Source: Ferrovibrio sp.
GTDB taxonomy: Bacteria > Pseudomonadota > Alphaproteobacteria > Ferrovibrionales > Ferrovibrionaceae
DNA: 32,000 bases
Reading direction: 5' to 3'
NCBI RefSeq assembly: GCF_046297595.1
Contig: NZ_JBKBHT010000005.1
Span: 145,179-177,178 of the forward strand
The notes below the pieces were generated by a model, which made no database searches, was not told the DNA's origin, and was given only the letters and a program-made list of their open reading frames with translations. A program made the translations under genes and the position numbers. Positions 1-7,529 of the stretch are shown one piece after another; the first letter of the stretch is position 1; each line of letters begins with the position of its first letter.

Positions 1-108
1 TCGTCGCGCATGCCCGACCCGACGGCTTCGCGCCTGCGCAGCCTGATCACCCATCTGGTGTTCGGCACCGGACTGTTCATCGCCGCGCGCTTGACGGCGG
101 CACTCTAA
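1..108 (+). CDS. 3' end of an unidentified gene (last 35 codons, hydrophobic C-terminus ...THLVFGTGLFIAARLTAAL); 5' part outside the window
   Basis: Frame open from base 1 to TAA at 106-108. Same strand as the next gene, which starts 32 nt downstream. Too short for a family call. Confidence 0.3.
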   Translation, partial: SSRMPDPTASRLRSLITHLVFGTGLFIAARLTAAL

Positions 109-140
109 ACCGCTCTCCCAAACCCGAAAGGAAAACAAAG

Positions 141-365
141 ATGATCTCCCCCCGATTTGCCCCCGTTGTCTTCGGCTTTGTGCTCTCCGCCCTGATGTCG
201 TTCATCGTCTCGGGCATCGCCACGCTGCGCACCGCCGGCTGGGTCGAAAGCTTCATGACGCTGTGGACCGATGCCTGGCTCACCTCATGGCTGGTGGCGT
301 TTCCGGTTGTGCTGGTGGTCGCGCCGGTGGCGCGCCGCATCGTGCAGGGACTGGTGAAGGCGTGA
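141..365 (+). CDS. small two-helix membrane protein, DUF2798-like
   Basis: 74-aa ORF with ATG preceded by AAAGGAAA. Two hydrophobic segments with the pattern FGFVLSALMSFIVSGI...W.DAWLTSWLVAFPVV..VAP.ARRIV typical of DUF2798. Confidence 0.65.
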   Translation: MISPRFAPVVFGFVLSALMSFIVSGIATLRTAGWVESFMTLWTDAWLTSWLVAFPVVLVVAPVARRIVQGLVKA

Positions 366-373
366 AGAATGCT

Positions 374-417
374 GGCCGGATGCGCAGACATGCGTGTCCG
401 GCCGCTGCCCGTGCAGC
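374..417 (+). terminator. two adjacent GC-rich hairpins just after the DUF2798 stop (no clear U tract)
   Basis: First hairpin: arms 374-386 / 391-403, 11 of 13 positions pair, loop GACA. Second hairpin: GCTGC-CCGT-GCAGC at 404-417. Confidence 0.3.
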
Positions 418-528
418 GGTGAATACGTCTCTGACAATGTCTGGAAAGAATGGCTCCCCGGGGTCGGCGAAGATGCGAACTACGAGTTCTCGATTTCCCT
501 ACTCCCAACTACGCCAGAACTGCCTAAA

Positions 529-759
529 ATGCGCAAGCGCGACCGGGATCGCGCAGAGGCGCTACGCCTCGCCGGCGGCCCAAAACCCTCGCTGAGGGAC
601 CGAGCCGTCGCCCTGGCCAATGAGCGCGGCGTGGTGCGAACACGCGATCTCACGGACATTGGAATTCCCCGTTGCTACCTGAGCCGTATGTGCAACGAGG
701 GACTGCTCATCAAAGTCGGATATGGACTCTATCGAACCGCTGAACGCAAGGCGGCATAA
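529..759 (+). CDS. AbiEi-family (type IV TA antitoxin) N-terminal HTH domain only; short or truncated, no toxin partner
   Basis: 76 aa from ATG 529. ...VVRTRDLTDIGIPRCYLSRMCNEGLLIKVGYGLYR matches the AbiEi_4 N-domain signature. TAA at 757-759 is followed by 155 bp non-coding. Full-length AbiEi proteins are much longer. Confidence 0.5.
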   Translation: MRKRDRDRAEALRLAGGPKPSLRDRAVALANERGVVRTRDLTDIGIPRCYLSRMCNEGLLIKVGYGLYRTAERKAA

Positions 760-914
760 TGCAAACTTGGCTCAGCTCCTCTCGTTGGCAATTACGGCAG
801 CGCGCCGAAGCATAACGGAGGCCGGGCGGCAAAATCGGCCCTTCGTGGGGCTTACAGGTGGTTGGCTTCTAGGACGCCGAGTGGGTCTTGAAGTCGGCCA
901 CTCAAATCGCCCTC

Positions 915-2165
915 CTATCGAAGGCGCATGAGAGCGAGAGTGCCTGCGGCCATCAAGATGGCCGCAGCAGCGAAGCTGAAGGTGGGTGATACGGCGGTCC
1001 ACAACACACCGACGGCCGCGCTGGATACGAACTTCGCTGCGCCGTTGACCGTGCCGAGCGCCCCATAGCTCGTCGCGAGCGTATCCTGGCTGACCATCTC
1101 GGCGGTCACGGTCGATTCAAGGGCTTCCTGAACGGCGACATAGAGGCCAGCAACGAAGAATATTCCGGCAAGCATCACGACGGTGCCCGCGCCAGTGGCG
1201 AAAGCGTACGCGGTCAGCGCCGCAGTGAGTGCGCCCAAGCTATAGCCCGCGATCAGCACGCTGCGCTGGCCGTAGCGATCCGCCAACACGCCGATCGGAT
1301 AGGAAATCGCGACCTGGACGATATTGCGCCAGACATAGAGCAGGCCCGCGACCTGGGCGGCTTCGATCACGCCCATCGAAGGCGTCAGCATCTGCGTCGC
1401 GGCCAGAATGAGCAGGCTGTGTGAGAAATCGCCCATCCCGAAAATGCCGACCGCGGCAAGGTAGCGCTTGAAGCGCGCCGGCAGGCCCCGCAGCGTCGAG
1501 AACAACTTCAGTCCCGGGTTCGGCGATTGCTCGGGATCACGAACGAGCACCAGAAACGCGAGCACCGCGAGGACGCCAGGAATGAGCGTCAGCCAGAACA
1601 CCAGCCGGAAGGGATCTTCTGGCGCCTCCCATTGGAGATGCTGCGCCCAGCCGAGCAAGGCGACGCCGAGCAGCGGTCCGGCGACCGCGCCGATGGTGTC
1701 CATCGCGCGATGGAAGCCGAAGGCCCGTCCGCGCTTATCCGGCGCAATCGACTGGATGACGATGGCGTCGCGCAACGGGCCGCGCAGGCCCTTGCCGAAC
1801 CAGGACACGATGCGCCCGAGCAGGATGAGCGGCCAGCCGACGGCAAGCGCGATCAGCACCTGGCCGAGCGGGGTCAGGCCATAGCCGACCAGCACCAGCA
1901 GCTTGCGATGGCCGAATTTGTCGGCGATGTAGCCGGCGATCATCTTGGTGAAGCTCGCCACGGCGTCGGCAATGCCCTCGATGATGCCGAGCGCCGCCGC
2001 CGGCACGCCCAGAACGGCAAGAAAGCCCGGCAGGATGACCGTCGTCGTCTCGTAGCAGAAATCCCCGAGCGCGCTGGTGAGCCCCGCACCGGCCACGGTC
2101 CGGTTGAACCAGCCCTTCGGCTGGCCGTTGGGGGTTGTTGCGACGGCCTCCGTATTCGAAGTCAT
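915..2165 (-). CDS. MFS transporter (416 aa)
   Basis: 12-TM-like hydrophobic pattern. MFS loop motif GYIADKFGHRKLL and second-half motif GVLADRYGQRSVL. ATG at 2165 overlaps the upstream stop (ATGA at 2162-2165). The longer track ORF to 2381 is an Arg-rich extension. Confidence 0.85.
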   Translation of the reverse strand: MTSNTEAVATTPNGQPKGWFNRTVAGAGLTSALGDFCYETTTVILPGFLAVLGVPAAALGIIEGIADAVASFTKMIAGYIADKFGHRKLLVLVGYGLTPLGQVLIALAVGWPLILLGRIVSWFGKGLRGPLRDAIVIQSIAPDKRGRAFGFHRAMDTIGAVAGPLLGVALLGWAQHLQWEAPEDPFRLVFWLTLIPGVLAVLAFLVLVRDPEQSPNPGLKLFSTLRGLPARFKRYLAAVGIFGMGDFSHSLLILAATQMLTPSMGVIEAAQVAGLLYVWRNIVQVAISYPIGVLADRYGQRSVLIAGYSLGALTAALTAYAFATGAGTVVMLAGIFFVAGLYVAVQEALESTVTAEMVSQDTLATSYGALGTVNGAAKFVSSAAVGVLWTAVSPTFSFAAAAILMAAGTLALMRLR

Positions 2166-2971
2166 GGCGCCACCTCGAAGGTTGCGACAATGGGATAGTG
2201 ATCCGAAGCCATATTCGTCGCAGGCGCGCGGACGACCTCGTAGCTGGCAGCGCTTGCCGCCAAGGCCTTTGTTGCCAGCACATAGTCGCAGCGCATCGCC
2301 GCGAACTCCGTGCCTACGAACCCGGCCGTCGGCACGGTGGGCGTGATCGCCTTGTCGAGGACATGGCCGACATCGACCCACCCGGCGGCCTCCAGATGGG
2401 CGAGCACGCTGCGGTCGGCCGCCTTCAGATCGTCGGCGAGATAACGGGTGCGATGGTGCGCCGGCAGCGTGTCGAACCCCGCCGGCTCGGGATCGTGCGG
2501 CGACGCGGAATTGAAGTCGCCGGTGAGAAGCGCGAGGGTATCCGGCGCGGCCTGGACCGCGAGGTGTGCGGCCTCGCGCCGACGGATTGCCGGGCCATTT
2601 GGGCAGAGATGGGCGCTAATCAGCGTCAAGGGCCGCTCGTTGCCCCGCAGCTTCACTTTGAGCGTGGCCAGCGTGTGGTGGAAATTGGCGCTGTCCGCTT
2701 CGAAGGAGATCGGCTTGAGCGGTTCGCGAATGAAGATCGCGACGTTCTGCCCGGTGCGCGGCGCGACTGCGAGGAAGCCGCGCATGCCGATCCTAGCTTC
2801 AAGCGCGTGCAAGAGTGCGCCGCCTGCGGCATCGAACCCTTTTGCCTCCTGCATCAGGAAGACGTCGGGCTTGATGCCGGCGATCAACTTGATCTGCGCC
2901 GCGGCCCGGCGATCATCACCGCCGTCGCGGCCGGCAAAAAGCGTGTTGTAGGTCAGGATGGTTAGCGTCAC
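2162..2971 (-). CDS. endonuclease/exonuclease/phosphatase (EEP) family protein
   Basis: 269 aa. N-terminal ILTYN...D, LMQE, LISAHL, GDFN and C-terminal SDHYPI motifs of the EEP fold. GTG start with AGGGGG 6 nt upstream. Confidence 0.85.
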   Translation of the reverse strand: MTLTILTYNTLFAGRDGGDDRRAAAQIKLIAGIKPDVFLMQEAKGFDAAGGALLHALEARIGMRGFLAVAPRTGQNVAIFIREPLKPISFEADSANFHHTLATLKVKLRGNERPLTLISAHLCPNGPAIRRREAAHLAVQAAPDTLALLTGDFNSASPHDPEPAGFDTLPAHHRTRYLADDLKAADRSVLAHLEAAGWVDVGHVLDKAITPTVPTAGFVGTEFAAMRCDYVLATKALAASAASYEVVRAPATNMASDHYPIVATFEVAP

Positions 2972-2983
2972 TGAGCGCCCCCT

Positions 2984-3526
2984 TCATTTGTTCTCGTCAT
3001 GGGCGTCGAAGACGCGTTGCGCATATGTATCGAGCAGACCTTCGCAGGCTTTCAGCCGCTCAACCGACTCAGCCGCCAGGGGTGCGCCGTAGAAGTCGAG
3101 TTTCCGGATCTTCTCGATCCAGCCCTTGAGTTTCTTCAGATCGACGTCGTTCTCTTCCAGCTCGGCATAGGTGAAGTGCTCCGCTGCCGTTTCCTTGGCG
3201 ATTTCTTTTTCGAAGTCGTCACACTTGTCAATGAACTCGCGGTAGGCCTCGTCCCTGTCGGCCTTGAAGCGACCGACGACCTTTTCTTCCTGGCTACGGT
3301 CGAGCGCGACCGTCTCCAGAAGCACCGATTCACCGGCGACTTCGGCGACGTCGTTCTCCAGCATTTTGAGGCGCCGCACATGATCGTCCGTCTTCGGGAG
3401 CAAGCAGACGCCGTTCTGCAGATAGACGGCGCCCATGCCTTTCAGCCGCCGCCAGATTGCGACGCGCTTGGAAGCCGGCTCGGGCGGAACTTTGTAGGTG
3501 AGGAGGAGCCATGAGTGAGATGCCAT
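2984..3526 (-). CDS. ChrB N-terminal-domain-like protein (chromate-resistance regulator family), 180 aa
   Basis: N-terminus SWLLLTYKVPPEPASKRVAIWRRLKGMGAVYLQNGVCLLP is the ChrB_N signature. The rest is a charged helical region. It heads the EEP-MFS genes. Confidence 0.65.
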   Translation of the reverse strand: MASHSWLLLTYKVPPEPASKRVAIWRRLKGMGAVYLQNGVCLLPKTDDHVRRLKMLENDVAEVAGESVLLETVALDRSQEEKVVGRFKADRDEAYREFIDKCDDFEKEIAKETAAEHFTYAELEENDVDLKKLKGWIEKIRKLDFYGAPLAAESVERLKACEGLLDTYAQRVFDAHDENK

Positions 3527-3532
3527 GTCTCA

Positions 3533-3561
3533 AAAATATTGTAACGGCCGTAACAAGTCAA
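3533..3561 (-). promoter_or_regulatory. sigma70-like promoter for the ChrB-N-like gene, predicted leaderless; near-palindrome in the spacer
   Basis: Minus strand: TTGACT (3561-3556), 17-nt spacer, TATTTT (3538-3533), then 6 nt (TGAGAC) to ATG 3526 with no SD. Spacer holds TTGTAACGG/CCGTAACAA (3539-3556) with core ACGGCCGT. Local AT-rich pocket. Confidence 0.4.
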
Positions 3562-3617
3562 TCGATACTAAACAGCGTTGCCGCTGGTGCCTAAGTCGGT
3601 CTCGTCCCGTTCTATAG

Positions 3618-4409
3618 CTAGGCGTGCCGCCAGACTTTGACCGCCGAGACCAGCAGGATCGCCGCCAGCGCCGGCAGCAAGATCGCGGCTGGCACGATGC
3701 CGAGCAGCAGGCCGCCTACGAGCGATCCGGCAATCGAACCCAACGCCATGATGAGGATGAAGCGACGGTTGCGGCCGAGCACTGCGAAGCTGCTGTCACG
3801 GCTGTAGCGGGTGAAGCCAACGATCATGGTGGGCAAGCTGACCGCTAGCGACAGGCTGCCGGCAAGCTTGATGTCAGCGCCGAACAGGAGCACCAGCGTC
3901 GGGATCAGCATCTCGCCACCCGCCACGCCGAGCAGGGAAGCGACCACGCCGATGACGAACCCCGCGGCGACGCCTGCGATGGCCTGCGCGATCCCGCCCA
4001 TCAGCGGGACGCCGGAGCCATCCGCGTCGTGTCCGAACAGCAGCACGATCGCGATGCCGACAAGCATCAAGGCGATGACGCGATAAAGCACATGGGCCTT
4101 CATGCGAACCGCCCAGCCGGCCCCGAGCCAGGCGCCCAGCAGGCTGCCAACGAGAAGATTGACGATGACGGACCAGTGATCGGCAACGACGGCGAACGGC
4201 ACCGTACCGGCGCGGAACGGCAGGGCTGAGGCCACGACCACCAGGCTCATCGCCTTGTTGAGGATGATTGCCTCCAACGCGGCGAACCGGAATAGCCCGA
4301 TCAGCACCGGCAGGCGGAATTCCGCGCCGCCGAGGCCGATCAGGCCGCCGAGCGTTCCGATCATGGCACCCCAGCCGAAGGCCATCGCAGGGCGGTCGAC
4401 CTGCGTCAT
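3618..4409 (-). CDS. TSUP-family anion permease (sulfite exporter TauE/SafE family)
   Basis: 263 aa, 8 hydrophobic segments. Duplicated G-rich motifs GGLIGLGGAEFRLPVL and LLGVAGGEMLIPTLV are typical of TauE/SafE. ATG 4409 overlaps the modC stop (ATGA); an alternative ATG is at 4385. Confidence 0.85.
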   Translation of the reverse strand: MTQVDRPAMAFGWGAMIGTLGGLIGLGGAEFRLPVLIGLFRFAALEAIILNKAMSLVVVASALPFRAGTVPFAVVADHWSVIVNLLVGSLLGAWLGAGWAVRMKAHVLYRVIALMLVGIAIVLLFGHDADGSGVPLMGGIAQAIAGVAAGFVIGVVASLLGVAGGEMLIPTLVLLFGADIKLAGSLSLAVSLPTMIVGFTRYSRDSSFAVLGRNRRFILIMALGSIAGSLVGGLLLGIVPAAILLPALAAILLVSAVKVWRHA

Positions 4410-5515
4410 TGCGCTGCCTCGTTGTGGGTCGGGGCACGGGCGACGTGATCGCGGGCGACCGACATCGACTTGACGATGGCGTGGACGTCATCGCCGGGTT
4501 TGAGGCCCAGTTGCTCGACGGCACGGCGCGTGATGCGGGCGAGGATCTCACCATCGCCCACCTGGACGTGGACGATCACGCCCGGCCCTGTGCCGGGAAC
4601 GATGCCGGCGACTTTCCCCGCGAGGATGTTCTGCGCGGAAAGGCCCTCCGGCCGCTTCCGCGCCAAAATGACCTCATGCGCCATGATGCGCACGCGCACC
4701 CGCGTGCCAGGTGCGCTCTCGATGGTGGGCAGGAACAGCGGACCCGTGGCGGCGTCGAGCCGAGTCAGCCCGTCATCCAAATGCTCGACAATGATCGCCG
4801 GCAACATAGCGGCGACCTCGCGGATGCCCATGGCACGCAGGGCTTCGGGATCGGCCATCACCTCCGCCGTCGTGCCTTCACGCACCACGCGCCCATTCTC
4901 GATCACAACCATCCGGTCGGCCAGCAACTGAGCTTCGTTCATGTCGTGGGTGACGAGCACCACCGGCATTTTGAGATGGGCGCGCAAAGCGATGATCTCA
5001 TCGTACAGCCGCTCGCGCGTCGCTCGGTCGACGGCCGAGAACGGCTCGTCCAGCAAAAGCGCCTGCGGGCGGCGGGCCAGCGCGCGCGCTACCGCGACGC
5101 GCTGCTGTTGGCCGCCCGAAAGCTGGCTTGGCTTGCGATTGGCTAGCCCTGGCATGTTCACGAGGGCGAGAAGCCGCTCGGCCTCGGCCCGCGGGTTCGG
5201 CGCTCCCCGGTCCATCGCCGCGGTCACGTTCTGCGCCGCCGTCATATGCGGAAACAGCGCATAGTTCTGGAACACAATGCCGACATGCCGCCTGTGGGGC
5301 GGCAGGTTCACGCCGGCAGTCGTGTCGAGCCACACCTCGCCATCCACCGCCACCCGCGCCGTCTCCGGCCGCCAGAGCCCCGCGATGGTGCGCAAAAGCG
5401 TCGTCTTGCCCGAGCCGGAATGACCGACCAGCGCGAGCAGCTCACCCGGTTCGGCGCGGAATGAAGCCTCGAGCGGAATGGGGGCTGCCGCCCGTGCCAT
5501 CACTTCCAGCGCCAT
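4406..5515 (-). CDS. modC: molybdate ABC transporter ATP-binding protein with C-terminal TOBE/Mop-like domain
   Basis: Walker A GHSGSGKTT, signature LSGGQQQRVAVARAL, Walker B LLLDEPFSAVD, then a roughly 130-aa TOBE-like tail. Sits in modA-modB-modC order. Confidence 0.9.
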   Translation of the reverse strand: MALEVMARAAAPIPLEASFRAEPGELLALVGHSGSGKTTLLRTIAGLWRPETARVAVDGEVWLDTTAGVNLPPHRRHVGIVFQNYALFPHMTAAQNVTAAMDRGAPNPRAEAERLLALVNMPGLANRKPSQLSGGQQQRVAVARALARRPQALLLDEPFSAVDRATRERLYDEIIALRAHLKMPVVLVTHDMNEAQLLADRMVVIENGRVVREGTTAEVMADPEALRAMGIREVAAMLPAIIVEHLDDGLTRLDAATGPLFLPTIESAPGTRVRVRIMAHEVILARKRPEGLSAQNILAGKVAGIVPGTGPGVIVHVQVGDGEILARITRRAVEQLGLKPGDDVHAIVKSMSVARDHVARAPTHNEAAQ

Positions 5516-6183
5516 CAGGACAGTCTCCGTCCCACGCGCGCCGACAGCATGTAGGTCGCCGCGATGGTGAAGAGTGAAATCGCCACGAGGGTCGCCGACA
5601 TGATGCCGGCGCCGGCCATGTCGAAGCCCTGCACCCGGTCGTAGATTGAGATGGCGATCGTCTTGGTTTCGCCAGGGATCGAGCCGCCCATCATCAGGAT
5701 AATGCCGAACTCACCCAGCGTATGGGCGAAGGTCAGAACCATGGCCGTCATCACGCCAGGCCAGGCCAGCGGTAACTCGACCCGCCAGACGCCGCGCAAC
5801 GGCGACATGCCGCAGCAGGCGGCCGCTTCGCGCACCTCCACCGGAACCGCCTCAAATCCCCGTTGTGCCGGCTGAATAGCGAAGGACAGATTGAAGATCA
5901 CCGAGGCTACCAGCAGTCCCTCGAACGTGAAGACCAGTTGGTGGCCGAAGGCCGCCTGCCAGAAGGCGCCGATGGGCGAGTTCCGCCCGAAAGCCAGCAG
6001 GAGGTAGAAGCCGAAGACCGTCGGCGGCAGCACCAGCGGCAGCATCACCACGGCCTCGACCAGCCCCTTGCCTCGGAACTGGCGGTAGGCCAGCCAACGG
6101 CCGGCCACAATGGAGACCGGCAAGAGGATCGCCACCGTCCAACCGGCGAGCCTCAGGGACAGGGAGAGGGCGGTCCAATCCAA
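5515..6183 (-). CDS. modB: molybdate ABC transporter permease
   Basis: 222 aa, 5-6 TM. EAA-type loop EAAACCGMSPLRGVWRVELPLA. TTG start 4 nt after the modA stop. Stop overlaps the modC ATG by 1 nt. Confidence 0.88.
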   Translation of the reverse strand: MDWTALSLSLRLAGWTVAILLPVSIVAGRWLAYRQFRGKGLVEAVVMLPLVLPPTVFGFYLLLAFGRNSPIGAFWQAAFGHQLVFTFEGLLVASVIFNLSFAIQPAQRGFEAVPVEVREAAACCGMSPLRGVWRVELPLAWPGVMTAMVLTFAHTLGEFGIILMMGGSIPGETKTIAISIYDRVQGFDMAGAGIMSATLVAISLFTIAATYMLSARVGRRLS

Positions 6184-6187
6184 AGGG

Positions 6188-7021
6188 TCAGCCCTCAGCC
6201 GGCAGCACGAAGCCGAATTTCTTCATGATCTCGCGGGCTTTCGGCGTCTTCATATAGGCGTAGAACTCCTCGGCGACGGGACCGGCGTTCTTCAGCAGCG
6301 CCATGCGCTGCAATAGCGGTTCGTGCCAGTCATGGGGGATCAGCGCGAATTGACCCTGCGAGCGCACTTCCGGCGCCAGCGCCAGCGAATAGGCGATGAT
6401 CCCGCCCTGCGCATTGCCCGAGAGCGCGAACTGGGCCGCTTGGCTGACGTTCTCGCCGAGAACTAGATGCGGCTGCACCTTATCCCACAGGCCGCGATGC
6501 TTGAGCGCCTCTTCGGCGCGCAGACCGTAGGGCGCGTGCTCGGGGTTGGCGATGGCGAAGCGGGTGATCCGGCCCGCTGCCAGTTGGGCTGCGAGATCGT
6601 CCATCGCCTCATCGGCCTTCAGCATCGAGCCGTGCGGCACCATCAGCACGATGCGGCCCTCGGCATAGAGATCGCCCGCGTCCCGGGTGAAGCCTTCCTT
6701 GTAAAGATCGGCGATGAATTTCTGATCGGCGGCCATGAAGACTTGAAAGGGTGCGCCCTGGCGGATCTGGGTGGCGAAGTTGCCCGTGGAGCCAAACGAG
6801 AGCTTCACCTCCTTGCCGGTGTCCGCCTTGAAGGCCGAGGCGAGTTCGGTCACGGCGAATTTCAGGTCGGCCGCGGCGGCGATGACGGGCACGTCCGCCT
6901 GCTGGGCATCCGCGCCGGTCATCTGAATTGCGAGGGCCGCGATCGCGGCTCCAGCCCCGAGGCCAAGCGTGAGAAGAGCACGTCGTGTCCAGGCATGAGC
7001 CATCGCCGAATGGGTCATCAT
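6188..7021 (-). CDS. modA: molybdate ABC transporter periplasmic substrate-binding protein
   Basis: 277 aa. Signal peptide with twin-Arg-like TRRALLTLGLGAGAA. ModA-type motifs FGSTGNFATQI and VFMAADQKF. GGAGA SD 6 nt upstream of the ATG. Confidence 0.88.
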   Translation of the reverse strand: MMTHSAMAHAWTRRALLTLGLGAGAAIAALAIQMTGADAQQADVPVIAAAADLKFAVTELASAFKADTGKEVKLSFGSTGNFATQIRQGAPFQVFMAADQKFIADLYKEGFTRDAGDLYAEGRIVLMVPHGSMLKADEAMDDLAAQLAAGRITRFAIANPEHAPYGLRAEEALKHRGLWDKVQPHLVLGENVSQAAQFALSGNAQGGIIAYSLALAPEVRSQGQFALIPHDWHEPLLQRMALLKNAGPVAEEFYAYMKTPKAREIMKKFGFVLPAEG

Positions 7022-7034
7022 GAGCGTCTCCGTT

Positions 7035-7060
7035 CCGATGTAGTCATTTGACTATATCGG
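7035..7060. promoter_or_regulatory. Mo-box-like palindrome (candidate ModE operator) directly upstream of the modA SD
   Basis: Minus strand reads CCGATATAGTCA-AA-TGACTACATCGG, 12-bp arms with one mismatch. It resembles the CG..TATA...TACAT..CG ModE operator pattern. Ends 3 nt from the SD (7027-7031). Confidence 0.45.
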
Positions 7061-7098
7061 GCGCGACCCAGCCTGCCAAGGCTGTACGCCTTGAACAC

Positions 7099-7470
7099 TC
7101 AGCCTTCGGGGGACTCGTCGACGATAAGGTCGGAAAAGGCGTCGAGATCGCGCGCCGCCGCTTCGGACGCCTGATTCTCGATCGACCGGTAAAGTTCCAG
7201 CACCTTCTCGCCTATCGCCGTCAGATGCGCGCCGCCACGCGAGCTGCCGCCCTTGCTGGCCACCACTAGCGGTTCGCGGAAGCACCGGTTCATGGTGTCG
7301 ATCAGGTACCACGCCTTCTTGTAACTCATGCCCATCGAGCGCCCTGCGGCCGAGATCGATCCGGTCTCGGCGATGGCTGCCAGAAGATCGGCTTTGCCAG
7401 GGCCGATGGCGATCGACCGGCCCAGGACGAGCCGGAAACGCAGACGTGGTTGAAGTGATTCACTTGCCAT
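7099..7470 (-). CDS. ModE-like winged-helix regulator, N-terminal DNA-binding domain only (123 aa, no Mop domains)
   Basis: ...IAIGPGKADLLAAIAETGSISAAGRSMGMSYKKAWYLIDTMN... is the ModE/LysR-type HTH signature. ATG at 7470. The 456-aa track ORF upstream of it is a shadow frame over the neighbouring permease gene. Confidence 0.8.
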   Translation of the reverse strand: MASESLQPRLRFRLVLGRSIAIGPGKADLLAAIAETGSISAAGRSMGMSYKKAWYLIDTMNRCFREPLVVASKGGSSRGGAHLTAIGEKVLELYRSIENQASEAAARDLDAFSDLIVDESPEG

Positions 7471-7529
7471 GGTGCCTGATCTTAGCCCGCCCGTGCCGAC
7501 GGACGAAGCCGTCTCAGTCGTTGTCTGTC

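Noticed and set aside
760-914. Searched for a tRNA gene or tRNA 3' fragment / att site, here and at 8502-8901 and 31232-31772
   Set aside because: I could find no T-loop (GGTTCGAATCC-like) or acceptor-stem pattern and no obvious long direct repeat between these regions. Element ends are probably outside the window.
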